A stretch of 64,000 bases of DNA from positions 110,836,440 to 110,900,439 of the forward strand of contig JAUZTB010000076.1 of assembly GCA_034780895.1 (NCBI GenBank), in the 5' to 3' direction. Of this stretch, positions 25,526 through 36,745 are shown in pieces (the first letter of the stretch is position 1; the number at the start of each line of letters is the position of its first letter). Both the position numbers and the translations under genes were made by a program. Source of the stretch: Rhynchobatus australiae. Taxonomy: Eukaryota. Below the pieces are notes generated by a model. It had not been told where the DNA came from. It was given only the letters and a program-made list of their open reading frames with translations, and did not search any database.

Positions 25526-27089
25526 TTAGACGGATAATCGGTGACGTTTAGATTGTACATTTCCATATTCGCCATAGATTCTTAAAAGTTTAGGAGTGGT
25601 TGTATTGGAAAATATAGCTCTAAAAGACCTGCTAAAGTGTTTTTCCTATCTTGAGGCAGATAACCAATAACAACATCTGAACTATATTATTTATTTGGGG
25701 AAACTGTACATAAATAACTTTTCTGTTAGCCACCCACTCATTAAACTAAATGAAGTTCTTTGAGACGAGATTTGAATATGCAACAACGGCCGTCTTGTTG
25801 CGAAATCTCATTTTCTCCTTTCCCCGGGAGCAGGTGTCTTGGGGCAGGGAGAAAATGTATCTTTCAACAACCGCCGTTTAATTACGAAGGACTGGGTCCG
25901 AGGGTCGCCAGAGCAAAGTTGATGCGGATCACTGATTTATGACCAGACATTTAGTTGGTACAAATTGCACTCGCTTTGTCACTAAAGCGGGGAAGTCCTC
26001 TTCCCTTCATTGGCTTCTCCCTCCCATTAGCGTGCTGTCCTTTCTATTTCTATGCTAATTTTACTCGGTCAACCAAAAGTCTCAAGCGCGGAAGTCTCAT
26101 AAATGAAACAATATTTATAAATAAAGCCAAATTGTACACTAACATTTAATAACCCTGACCAGTTATGTATTGTAGAATATTTGCAGGAATATTCAGTGGG
26201 TTTTTTTCTGCGCACGCTGGATTTTATGGACATTGTAGCTGAGTTGTAATTAACATTTGGAGAGCACAATGTGATCAGTGCTTTGATTGATTACCAATGG
26301 TCACCAGTACCAGAAACGCCTCCCTCTTGAAATCAATGCATTTTTGCTTTGGATGGCATTCTTTCTAATTAAAGGAGATGGTAATCCACTCCTGATACCC
26401 GAAGCCGATTGGGTCTTTTTATTTACCTTCCACTGGAAAAACAGCACTTGCATCTCAGAGCCTCGAGTTAACAAAATGCCATCGACTGTCGAGATGAACC
26501 GAGTGATCAATTCCTAGTTGATTGAGTTTCATGAGCGTGTTTTTGAAAGGTGCATGTTGCTTACTATTTTACACCGCCGTGTTTCTGACATGTTCGGGGA
26601 TTAACCGAATGATTTAAAGAAAGCCTCTTGGAAAAATTACCTGCCGCCAGATTGGAAGTGTTAACTGGCACAATTCTGTCCAGTGCAGCCTTTTCATTTA
26701 TTCCAATGTGGCAGCCTTATGGATTTTAATTAGTGTTGCTCTGGGAAAAAAACACTGTTGCCTTCCGTTCTCGAGATTCCTTTACGAGAGTGCTAAATTA
26801 GCATTTACTTTGCAGCAAGCAAAGTGTTAGAAGCAGATACAGAATCGTCTAAGACTGTCAGGCTTGCTCTGGCGTGAGAGTGGAGTTGGGCTCCGATTCG
26901 TTATCTGCGATGACAGATGCCCTTTAACCTCATTGCTTTCCGCTTGGTATATTACTATTGATCGATCGCCTGTCATTTTCCGCTCTGCAAGCGCTGCATC
27001 TCACCAGCAGCCGAGCAGTGATCTTTGTTCCACCGACTCTGGGAGGGGGAGGAGGGGTGTCTGGTCGGTTGGGTTGGAGGTCCTGTCAT

Positions 27090-27562
27090 TGCGCGTATAA
27101 ACTGCGGCTCCTGTTTTAATTCGCGGGAGTTTGAAGTAAGTCAGTCAGCAACAGAGCTGGGCATTGGGGGTCCGCTGGTCTGAAGGGCTCAAAGCTTTGT
27201 ATGCACTGGCGGCAGACTGGAGTGCGCCTTGTGTCATCGCTCAGCACACGGTTCCTCGCAGTAAACCTTGTCCTGGCAGCTCTTTACACACGTATGCAAA
27301 GCCAGTTGCTTGCATTCACTAGAACATCAGCTTGGTCCTTTTTAGCCCTGACTTTTACTTTACTGTCTATGAACCCATGCCCATCCCTTGAATGTAAAAC
27401 CCAAAGTCATCTGACGGGGGAAAATGTGCCTGAACGTCCCCGCGGAATGCCAACATTGTGCATCGCGTTGGATCTGTTCTGCTGCATTAATGGGTGATTA
27501 TTAACTCGCGATGATCCAGCAAACTCCCGCGAATTAAAACCTGAGCCGCAGTTTAACGCGCA
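27090..27562. repeat. ~43-bp inverted repeat pair separated by ~386 bp
   Basis: 27090-27133 (tgcgcgtataaactgcggctcctgttttaattcgcgggagtttg) is the reverse complement of 27520-27562 (caaactcccgcgaattaaaacctgagccgcagtttaacgcgca), with 2 substitutions and a 1-nt indel. Confidence 0.9.
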
Positions 27563-29269
27563 TTGAAATGGCTTCCGGTGGAAACTTGGGACTGTGTGGG
27601 GCAGCTGGTGTCCCGCCAGTACAATGGTGCAGGCTGTGTGAACGCGAGGGTCCGGGGCTCTGCAGTGTGAGTGGAGGGGACTTGGGCGAAAGCTCATGTC
27701 ATTTGTTTCGCGACGGACTCATTTGTGATGAGAGGGAAGAGTAATAGCAAAGAAAACCTGTTAGAACCGCCACTATGTGCTGCAAGAAAAACAGGACGGT
27801 GATTCATCTAGTTCTGTTGACTTAAGTTGCTGCCGTATGGAATTTAACCATCCCAATGTACAGATATCAATTCAGTTCAAATACTGAAGAGATAATGAAT
27901 CAATTCCACACAGTTGGACGATACAGGAATAAGAAAGATGCAAAATAATCATCTGGTAAAGGTGCCTTTCATTCCTTCTGTGTGGGAGATAATCGGGAAA
28001 AATGAAAAGGGAAGTTACCGATTAAGACACGGACTTGTGTCAGCAACATTAAATCTAAATTTGCAGTATATATTGTCAGGAATGCACTTTAGGTTATCAG
28101 GTACACTTTTAAGTCCTGAGGTGTTAGATTCTTTCAAGCAACGCTATCACAGATCACTTTAACTTCCCACAAGTGTCATTTATACTAGTGGTGTTTGGAA
28201 TCAGAGAGATCTGCATCCATAAACCAGGTCACAATATTTACCCTACTACATCCAGCTGTCTTTTCTCTCTGCGCATTCTTAATAGCAGTTAAAAGGTCTA
28301 CCCAGATTTCGTGGTAAAAGTGCATATTGATGGCTCATTAACCTAGTCTCCTGGAATCCAGTCGCAATGAAATTGTAATTCTACCCTTGTGTTTGTTTCA
28401 ATTCACTTCAAGTTCATAAGAACTGAAGGTTTGCCTTCCTGCCATTGGTAATTTTAATGCAAAAATGTAATAGGAGAAAATACCAGTGTATTATTTGGTG
28501 CTAATATAAATTCTAAAGGCTTGTGAGAAGTATTAATGGCGTAGTATTTTTGCTTGCTTAGGACTGAGTTTAAAAAAAACCATCAATTGAGTTTGTGCAG
28601 CATTCTGTAACTGTGAGATCAAATTTAAAAGTGAGAACTTAATTCAAGAGATGGTCTAGACTTTAAGCCCACATTTACATGGGGCTGAATGGCCTAATTC
28701 TGCTCCTATATCTTATGGTCTTACATAGGTGAATGATAAATGATAGCTTATTTCCCATTAAGCATGAATATAGCAGCCAATGATAGACGCATCACTATGG
28801 CATGGAAGGATGAGTAAAAAGGCAGACATCTTTAAATCTAACTATGGCACAATTTGAGCTCAGTTTAGAAAATAGTATTTGGCAATAGGCTGTTGTCAAT
28901 AAAATGACCTTGAATTTGTTAGACTGCCGTAAAAACCCGAGTAATTTGCCAATGTATGGGGGAAGTAAAACTGCATTTGTTTCTTGGCCTGTCCTATGTG
29001 TGAATCTAGTCTCTCTGTACCATTGACCTTTAAATTCCTCCCTGAAGTTACCCAACAAATCAGTTGACTCGCCAAACTGGGAGGATAAAAACTCAGGACA
29101 ACAAAGGAAGGGCAGTGATTGCCAGTCTTGCTAGAAATGTTCATATCCTAAAAAATATTTGCTTTAAAAGATAGGAATATTGCTCCTTGAAGATGGTATT
29201 CAAAGCAGTGGATATAGTCCAAGAGAGTCAAGTATCTGGGCATGCCAAGGAGCTTTATTGAGTAGGAAG

Positions 29270-29620
29270 ATGGAATCGAATCATAAAAAAAAATTATGAC
29301 ACATGAGACCATTGAGTTTGTACCAGTGGGAAAAAGAGTACCACAACCTAATTTTGGCCTTTATTTGATTCGTGGCACTGTAGGATACAGCTTTTGAAGT
29401 GCACATTCAAGTACTCCTATAAATGGGAGTTTCTGCCCTGATCCCCATTTAAGGCAGTAAGTTTCAGACCCCTACTGTCCTCTGAATATTTTTCAGATCT
29501 CCCCTCTAACTCTTTCAACAATTACTTTAAGTTCTCTGGTTTTTGACCTCTCTGCTAAAGGCAATGCATCTTTCCTATTCACTCTTTGGAGGCCCCTCAT
29601 TATTTTGTACATCTCAATTG
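29270..29620 (-). mobile_element. Old CR1 3' fragment
   Basis: Decayed minus-strand tail (aatcataaaa...aggcagtaagtttcagacccctact...ttctctggtttttgacctctctgctaaagg). Confidence 0.45.
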
Positions 29621-30005
29621 ATTAAAGGAGCAATGGCAGAGATATCACTCCTGGTTCATGGAGGCCTTCAAAGACTACCATTAGCAATACACCAACAGTG
29701 CCAAAACAATGGTGAGACAGACTATCTCCAGGTTTGGATTTGCTTTTATACCCATTATCTTTATCCTTTTCTCTGCATTTCTCAGGTCCTCTGCCAAAGC
29801 TGCTGTCTCATTCTTATGTATGGTCACAAAGGCACTATTGGCCCTCTGACATCTCAACTTTGCTTTAGTGTTCTGAAATTGGAAGCCTAGACTATGGCTC
29901 TCAGCAGGTCACTTGAAAGTTGAGAACATCATATTCGGGCTTAACTCATATGCGTGTGCTTCATTCACTGGCTAGAATTTGGAAAAGAACACTGAGCTGA
30001 TGTCC

Positions 30006-30356
30006 TTCTCCTGTAACTCTTCTCCCCACTTCTGTCTGGCAGAGATACAGAAGCTTGAAAACGCACACCACCAAGCTCGAGGACAGCTTCTGTCCCGCTG
30101 TTATTAGTCTATTGAATGGACCTCTTGTACGATAAAGATGATCTCTTGAACTCACAATCTACCTCATTATAGCCTTTGCACCTTATTGTCTACCTGCACT
30201 GCACCTGTAACACTATATTCTGCATTAGTTATTGTCTTTCCCTTTGTACAACTTTGTTGTACTTGTATTTTGGAATGATCTGTATGGGTGTCATGCAAAC
30301 CAAGTTTTTCAATGTATCTCGGTACATGTGAACAATAATGAACCAATTCCCAATTA
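30006..30356 (+). mobile_element. Rex1/Babar-like LINE 3' end
   Basis: Translates ..LLSGRDTE../..SLKTHTTKLEDSFCPAVISLLNG with a frameshift, matching the recalled Rex-Babar C-terminus LPSGRRYRSxxxRTTRLxxSFxPxAIRLLN. The 3' UTR ends ggtacatgtgaacaataatgaaccaattcc. Confidence 0.7.
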
Positions 30357-33300
30357 CATAGAGGTGCAGTGGCCTTTTGTATTATCTCAGTGACTGAGAT
30401 CATTCAACACCGGGCATGTCCTTTTCCTGTACATATTACACCAAGAAGTGCTCTTCTAAAAGATGAGAAAATGTCCATGGGCAAACTATTCTTAGTTGTT
30501 CACCTTCTTAGGTGCAGTCTCATTGAATGCTTTCCACAACAATATGTAATGTGTAAAGGAGGGAAAAGTGACACATTTTGCATTATATTTCAGAAGAAAA
30601 AAACCCCATGGGGAAATTTTGTAAGATAATTGAGCTCCTCCCTAACCTCCAGTCTCTTGCCACTAAGAAAGACAACGGTGGAAGACAGATAGAAAAATCA
30701 CCATCTGCACCTTCTCCAATCACACACTCCTCTGGCTTGGAAATGCTTCAACCTTCATTTATCCTGACTGGGTCCAAATATTGGATCTCCTTCTCAAACA
30801 CGGCTGCAGTAGCTTGCCGCTATTTTCTTGAGAGCAGTTCAGCACAACAACCCATGTGGTTTTATAAATAACTGAAAAAGAATGTGAGATCTCCATGGTT
30901 ATCCATGATGCTTCCAAGGGCATTTGCAATTATCACACTGGTGATATGCTGAACTATTCTCCACCATCAGGAATTCCATGTTTGCCATTTCCATGAGTAA
31001 CCTATTCCTTGGACTTTAAACACTATATAAAAAAAATTGCCAGCTGTTTGATTTCTTTTCTACATGTTTTTGGTACATTCTTGACTCATTCAAATTTTAT
31101 TTTGATATTTGAATGCACCACATCCTTTTCTACCACAATTTAAAATCTGGACACCATTTCCCAAGCTCTTAAATTAACAGAGTAAAGTTTGTGCCTGTCC
31201 TTGTCCACTATAGAGTAATACATATCACTGGTTGTGTAAATTAAAATAATATGTTTGGTTATACCAGAATTTTGTGTAATCTCATCTTTGGATCATGAGG
31301 GAGAGCTCCAATATCTTTAGTAAATACATAGCAACTGATTGTGACAAATTGCATCCATGCATTTACAGAAGACAATATTTTGCATGATAACTTGCATGAC
31401 ACAATCCCTTTTTATTAAGGCTTTCCCAGTGAACTTTATCTGCTCTTGCTGAATAAGATAAAAATGTCTGCTCACGGAAATTCAGAAAAATGCACAGCTC
31501 TATACGTATATAAAAATCGCTTGCTTTGAGTCAAAGCAGTGCTGGATTCTGGCATAGGAGCACTCTGACTCACACTAGGATTCTCCCTCCAGTAATTCTG
31601 TTTGCTATTCACTTCACACAACAAACCAGGGCCCATTTCTCTTCCATATTCATTCATGAGGGGCTACTGCATGCATGCTGTTAACTTGCTGATGACAGCT
31701 TAATAAGGTCCTCACTTTGTGTTTCATCCCAATAAGCTTGTCGAGCTTTGTGTGGCAGACTAACCTTTCCTCTTTTTTTTCTGAGTATGGGGCAGCTGTG
31801 TCACTATTATTTAGAAGAATGAAGGACCTTTGAGAGACCATAGCTGTGACAGATTACACTAAGGTTGTCTTACACATGAAAACCTACAAGATTCTCTGTG
31901 CCATTATTGGAAACAACAGTGGACAATTTAACCTAAAAAAATGCAAGCCATGTTACAATAGGGAACTTTAACAGTTGGACAGAGACACTGTGTAAATTCA
32001 GTAACTTTGATTCCATAGGTCGTTGCCTTATACAAACACTATTAATTACCTTTTACCAAAACAATTGGGAGTTGACTTGAGGTGCAAATTGATTTTTAAA
32101 AAAAAGCTATTGTCCTGCAAAGTATAATTTTCTTTGTTGTTTGTGAAGTGGACAATATTCCAGGCCAAAAATAAAAAGAAACTCTGTCAGAGAACGATTT
32201 ATAATTAAGTAGCAAAGAATGAACAACCTGGAATCCCCAGCAATTAGGCAGAAAATAATTTTGTCATTTTACATTACATTTCTGTTGGTATTCACGAATA
32301 TGTATTCAAATGTGGGAGAAATTAAATTGTTGTTTAACATTTCTGAAATACAAAATGAAGAACAAAAACAATTGTATTATTTGATAGTTAGAAGTCACTT
32401 TATTGATTTTATTATATCTCATGTAAACAGTGCTCAATTTCCTGAGAATCTTTGTTTATTTATCTATTCACTTATCTATTTGATTCTGACAAACAGATGG
32501 CCATAAATTAGTTTTGAACCTTTTAATTAGAACATATTTTCCCTAAACATGTATGTGTAGAATTTACCACAGATGTGAACATTTGGAAACATTAAGTTGT
32601 TCACAAATCAACAATAACATACTCAAATTTTGCCAATATTTATAGAATGTTAAACTAAATCATGCAAATGATTATGAATCACACCAGTTTGCTGTGTAAA
32701 ATCAAAGTAAATAAATTGCCCACTTTTGACAATAAAGTTGCCAATGCAGATATTGAAGATAATGTGAGGAAACAGGTGTTGATGATGGAAATATGCTGAC
32801 AATGTCATTGAGATTTGACTTAAGGCACCTTGTTGAGGTCAAGTAGAGGAAGCTTTACTTTGCAGGTAACCAAAGTTATAATTTGACTCCATACTTGACA
32901 CTGATATCAGGTGTAAACAATGGATAAAAACACTGTCACCCAACACTGAGAAACTTGAAGCTAATCATCTCAAAAGGATTTGGCTGTGGTTGCTAATAAT
33001 ATTTGATTTTAATTCTATATGGAACAATTAAATTTATAGTGCAATGTTGAGATTACTTGAGGNNNNNNNNNNNNNNNNNNNNNNNNNNAGAGCCCATCAG
33101 ATTTTCCTTTTTGTTGATTGCTGCATTTTTTTCCTCATTGAGTGGGAACAGTTAAATTTAACCCCCATGTTTTGGAATTGAAAATTCCTTTGATCCATTG
33201 AATTTTTTTTACTGCTTTGCAACTTATATGATGGATCATAATAAGATTACTCTTAAACATATTTTTAATGGAATAAAGGAATACCATTTCCATTTAGTTG

Positions 33301-33739
33301 ACAATTACATCATTAACATGGATTTTATTGCAATGATAAATTCTAATCAATATTATAATCTAACCATTATAGCAAAGAGGCTCCAGTTTGCATAACTATA
33401 GAGTTCAGCAGTCCTTCTGGCATTTCGCATGTTGCACTGATCGCATTGGTGCATGCAATAGGTCCAATGACTGACACTGATGTGCGCTGCTAATGTTGGC
33501 TTTAAACACATGCGCCCCCAAATAATTATTTTTTCAAGTCATTCTGTTAAATAAATAACACGTTTTCAAACTTGTCAGTGTTCATATTAATGTCTTTGAA
33601 GAACTAAGGAAAGCATCACCATTGATCAGAAAATATCCTCTTGGGAATATGTTGGTGCAAATACATTAAGTTATTATAACAATATGCAGGACAGCAGGCC
33701 AGGTTAAGAGGCAAGGTTTAATTTGGTAGACTAAAAGCC

Positions 33740-34045
33740 AGCATTCAGGACATTGATTCAGACATATGAATTCAAATCCCACCATGGCAGCAGGGAAACA
33801 TAACTTTAAATAAAGTAAATAGTCTCAGTAATGTAATGATGGAACTACTGGTTTGTTGCAAAGAAACAGGTTCAGTCATGTTTCAGGGAAGCAATCTGTC
33901 CACCTTACCTGGCTTTGGCTTGTATGCGACTCCAAACCAGTCAATGTGGTTGATGCTTAACCATCTCCTCAATACTGGGGCAATTGTAGGAATGGGCAAT
34001 AAATGCTGGTATTGTCAGCAATGTTTAAGTTCCATGAATGAGTAA
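33740..34045 (+). mobile_element. Old tRNA-derived SINE with LINE-like tail
   Basis: B-box-like gaattcaaatcccaccatggcag and tail gggcaataaatgctggtattgtcagcaatg. The same tail occurs at ~10530, at ~49185 and at the end of the 3893-6240 LINE. Confidence 0.6.
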
Positions 34046-34629
34046 GTGTAAATTAAAATCTTCTTTGTTCTATATTAACAAATCTGAAATGGAGATTTTC
34101 TACAACCAGTGGTCAATATAAGGATATATTTGCTCCATCATCCTTATCATTTAAATCTAATATTTGTCTAGATATCCGCCTCAGATTAGTTTGATATTTG
34201 ACACTGAGAATATCTGGTGTTTGGGGAAACTTTTGAGAATTCTTTGGGATGCAATGGTCTTGAAATNNNNNNNNNNNNNNNNNNNNNNNNNNNNNNNNNN
34301 NNNNNNNNNNNNNNNNNNNNNNNNNNNNNNNNNNNNNNNNNNNNNNNNNNNNNNNNNNNNNNNNNNAATGGTCTTGAAATAATAATTGGTCTGCAAAGAC
34401 CAAGAGGGACAGAAAACTATTTGCTTTGCCCTACTCTGGTTGTAAGGCCAGATTTGTCCTCAATATTTATGCTACAAAAGTTTTTCAATTCATTTCCAAG
34501 TTGCATCTCCAGGTGCTCTTAAGATGTAACCGAAGACCATGACATCATGCACCCTGCTATGCTGTAACACCTCTGTAAAAACTAACTCTTGCAAGCAGTT
34601 GCAGGGAGGCAGTCAAATGAAATACAATC

Positions 34630-35479
34630 TGTTACGGACTAGGACTATTAGTGAGTGTCCCTTTAAGATTGTGTGTGTGTGTGGCGTGCTTACGTCAACA
34701 GAAGATAAACAACGTCATGATGTTGTTGTTGAAACAACCAGTCTGAGTCAGTCTGAAGGAGAGAGACAGAAGAATGAGAGAGAGAGAGCAGCCTGCTTGT
34801 TTTCTCTATCGATGGATGAAAAACAATAACTGTGACTGTCACTGCAATCCACGCATGGATGTTAAGAGTAATCCGGTGGAGTTCACTTTGTCGGTAACCT
34901 GTGGAGGAAAACAGGTATTTGGGGTGGATGGCCACGGTACGGATACTCTAGGGTGTGGCAGACACATTGAAGTGAAGAAGTGGAGTTCACTTGGTTGTTG
35001 ACCTGTGGAAGGAAACAGGTATTTGGGTGGACAGCCACGTTTCGGATGTTTTCGGGGTGAGGAAGTCACTACCGAGTAGACATTGAGGTGTCATTTGGGC
35101 TCCAGAGCGGAACATTCAAGAGCCTTTCAGAGAGAGAGAGGAAGATGCGGTGGAGTCGTCACTGCTGAGTAAACACTGAGGAGTCGTTTGGGATCCATCG
35201 TGGAACACTTGGATTCCGTAATAACTCTCTATTTTCTCTCTACATCTACGTTTTATCTCCAGACAATGGTGGTTGTTGAAGAAGCCTTTACTCATGTTTC
35301 ACCTNNNNNNNNNNNNNNNNNNNNNNNNNNNNNNNNNNNNNNNNNNNNNNNNNNNNNNNNNNNNNNNNNNNNNNNNNNNNNNNNNNNNNNNNNNNNNNNN
35401 NNNNAAGTAGTTATTAATAAAGAAGATTTTAACACTTATACATGTCTCGGTGTGTTTCTTTTGTTGCTGGTTCGTAACA
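34630..35479 (+). mobile_element. Long terminal repeat (ERV1- or Gypsy-like)
   Basis: Starts TGTTACG and ends CGTAACA (perfect 7-bp terminal inverted repeat, TG...CA). AATAAA at 35416-35421. Followed after 3 nt by a tRNA-Pro PBS, TGGGGGCTCATCCGGGAT (35483-35500). Contains a 100-N gap (35305-35404). Confidence 0.85.
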
Positions 35480-35482
35480 AAT

Positions 35483-35551
35483 TGGGGGCTCATCCGGGAT
35501 GTGAACTCGGGACCTCTTGCACCCCAAGCGAGAATCATACCCCTAGACCAA
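35483..35551 (-). pseudogene. Reverse-transcribed copy of mature tRNA-Pro (positions ~7-76 including CCA), contiguous with the LTR PBS
   Basis: The minus strand reads TTGGTCTAGGGGTATGATTCTCGCTTGGGGTGCAAGAGGTCCCGAGTTCACATCCCGGATGAGCCCCCA. It has 5 mismatches in 69 nt against the recalled vertebrate tRNA-Pro(AGG)+CCA and lacks the first 6 nt (GGCTCG). Confidence 0.9.
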
Positions 35552-36622
35552 ACCATTTTGGGGAAAGGTAAATAATTTTCTCTCCCCAAGACGCTGCTGT
35601 TCCCTCTCCCATGGGATGTCCCCTGCCCCACACTGAAGAAAGTCTCTCTGAGGCCGTTTCTCCCACGTTGTTGCTCTTACGTAACAAATCTCATTGGCCA
35701 GTTCTTTAAGTCAGCAAAGCAATTAGAAACTGTTGATTGCTTTTGGACATCTTTGCCATGCTTGTTTATTTTAATTGTACTGTATATTCTTTATGATTTG
35801 TCTAAACAGCACAGTGAAAGAATCATTAAAATAAAAGATCCAAGATATACTGGGATCACTGAGTTTATTTGATCAAATAATGCTAATGGTAGCTTGTCTC
35901 GTAGAAATCTGCACATTCCCCTGCCCAGTGAGTCCCTAGTCCCACAGTGAGTCAGAGACCCTGATTCTTCCTTGGATTTCAGTCAGCCAGAGACTCCTGC
36001 CACTCAATTGGCTAGTGTGCTGAGAAGTTTTGGCTGCCTGCTGGTGCAAAGATTCCTGGCTCCAGCTGCGCAGTCAGAGACTGGGTGGGCAGGAAGTTGC
36101 CAGCTTGGAAGCTAATGAGCATCTCCACAGGTCCAGCCATCTACTGAATTGTAAAGCAGGTAAGTGCCTGCAGCTTGGGCCGTATCTGCTGGTCAGTGGG
36201 TCCAGTGTTCTGGCCCAGTGGGTTTGATGGAGTAGTTGTTCAAAATATTTTGCAGTCCCCGAAACAAAGGGACGTACAATAGAAAATTCAGTGGGGGATC
36301 TTGTCCAAAGATTCGTTAGTATGTGGACTGACTACTGCAATGAGTAGTTAAGGAAACTAGCATTTATGCTTTTGTGAGAAAGCTGGATAAACATCTAGAA
36401 AAAAGAAGCTGGGGATTATGCTGATGGAGTGAGATAAAATAAGATGGCAAAAGCTCGTCTGGTGTAAATTTTATGAAAATGAAACACAAATGTCATACTT
36501 TGTAAATCCAGTAATTATACATCGCAGCAATATCACCAGTAATTGTCTGTTGTTCCATAGAACAATTTTGATTAAACAATTTAAAATATTGCTTTTCTTG
36601 TGTTTTTGTTTCCTTTTTACAG

Positions 36623-36745
36623 CTCTATGGTTTTTGCTACCAGGATAGCAATCACATTGCTGACACATTAACCACTATTACAGAGCTTGGATCCCCTTTG
36701 GAGATGATTCAGCTTTTACAGACCTCATGGGAGGAGAGATTTCGA
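36623..36745 (+). CDS. PKDCC: PKDCC coding exon 2
   Basis: Pyrimidine tract and acceptor tttttacag|CTC. 123 nt encoding [41 protein letters not shown]. Donor CGA|gtaagt. Phase 0/0. Not in the ORF track; read by hand. Confidence 0.96.

Noticed and set aside
25981-26100. Twice-repeated aagcg(g/c)ggaagtc motif as an alternative promoter
   Set aside because: Only ~13 nt of similarity (ETS-like) with no other supporting promoter evidence.
35483-35557. Functional tRNA-Pro(GGG) gene
   Set aside because: It lacks the 5' acceptor-stem strand, has an encoded CCA and is fused to an LTR at the PBS position. It is better explained as a cDNA copy.
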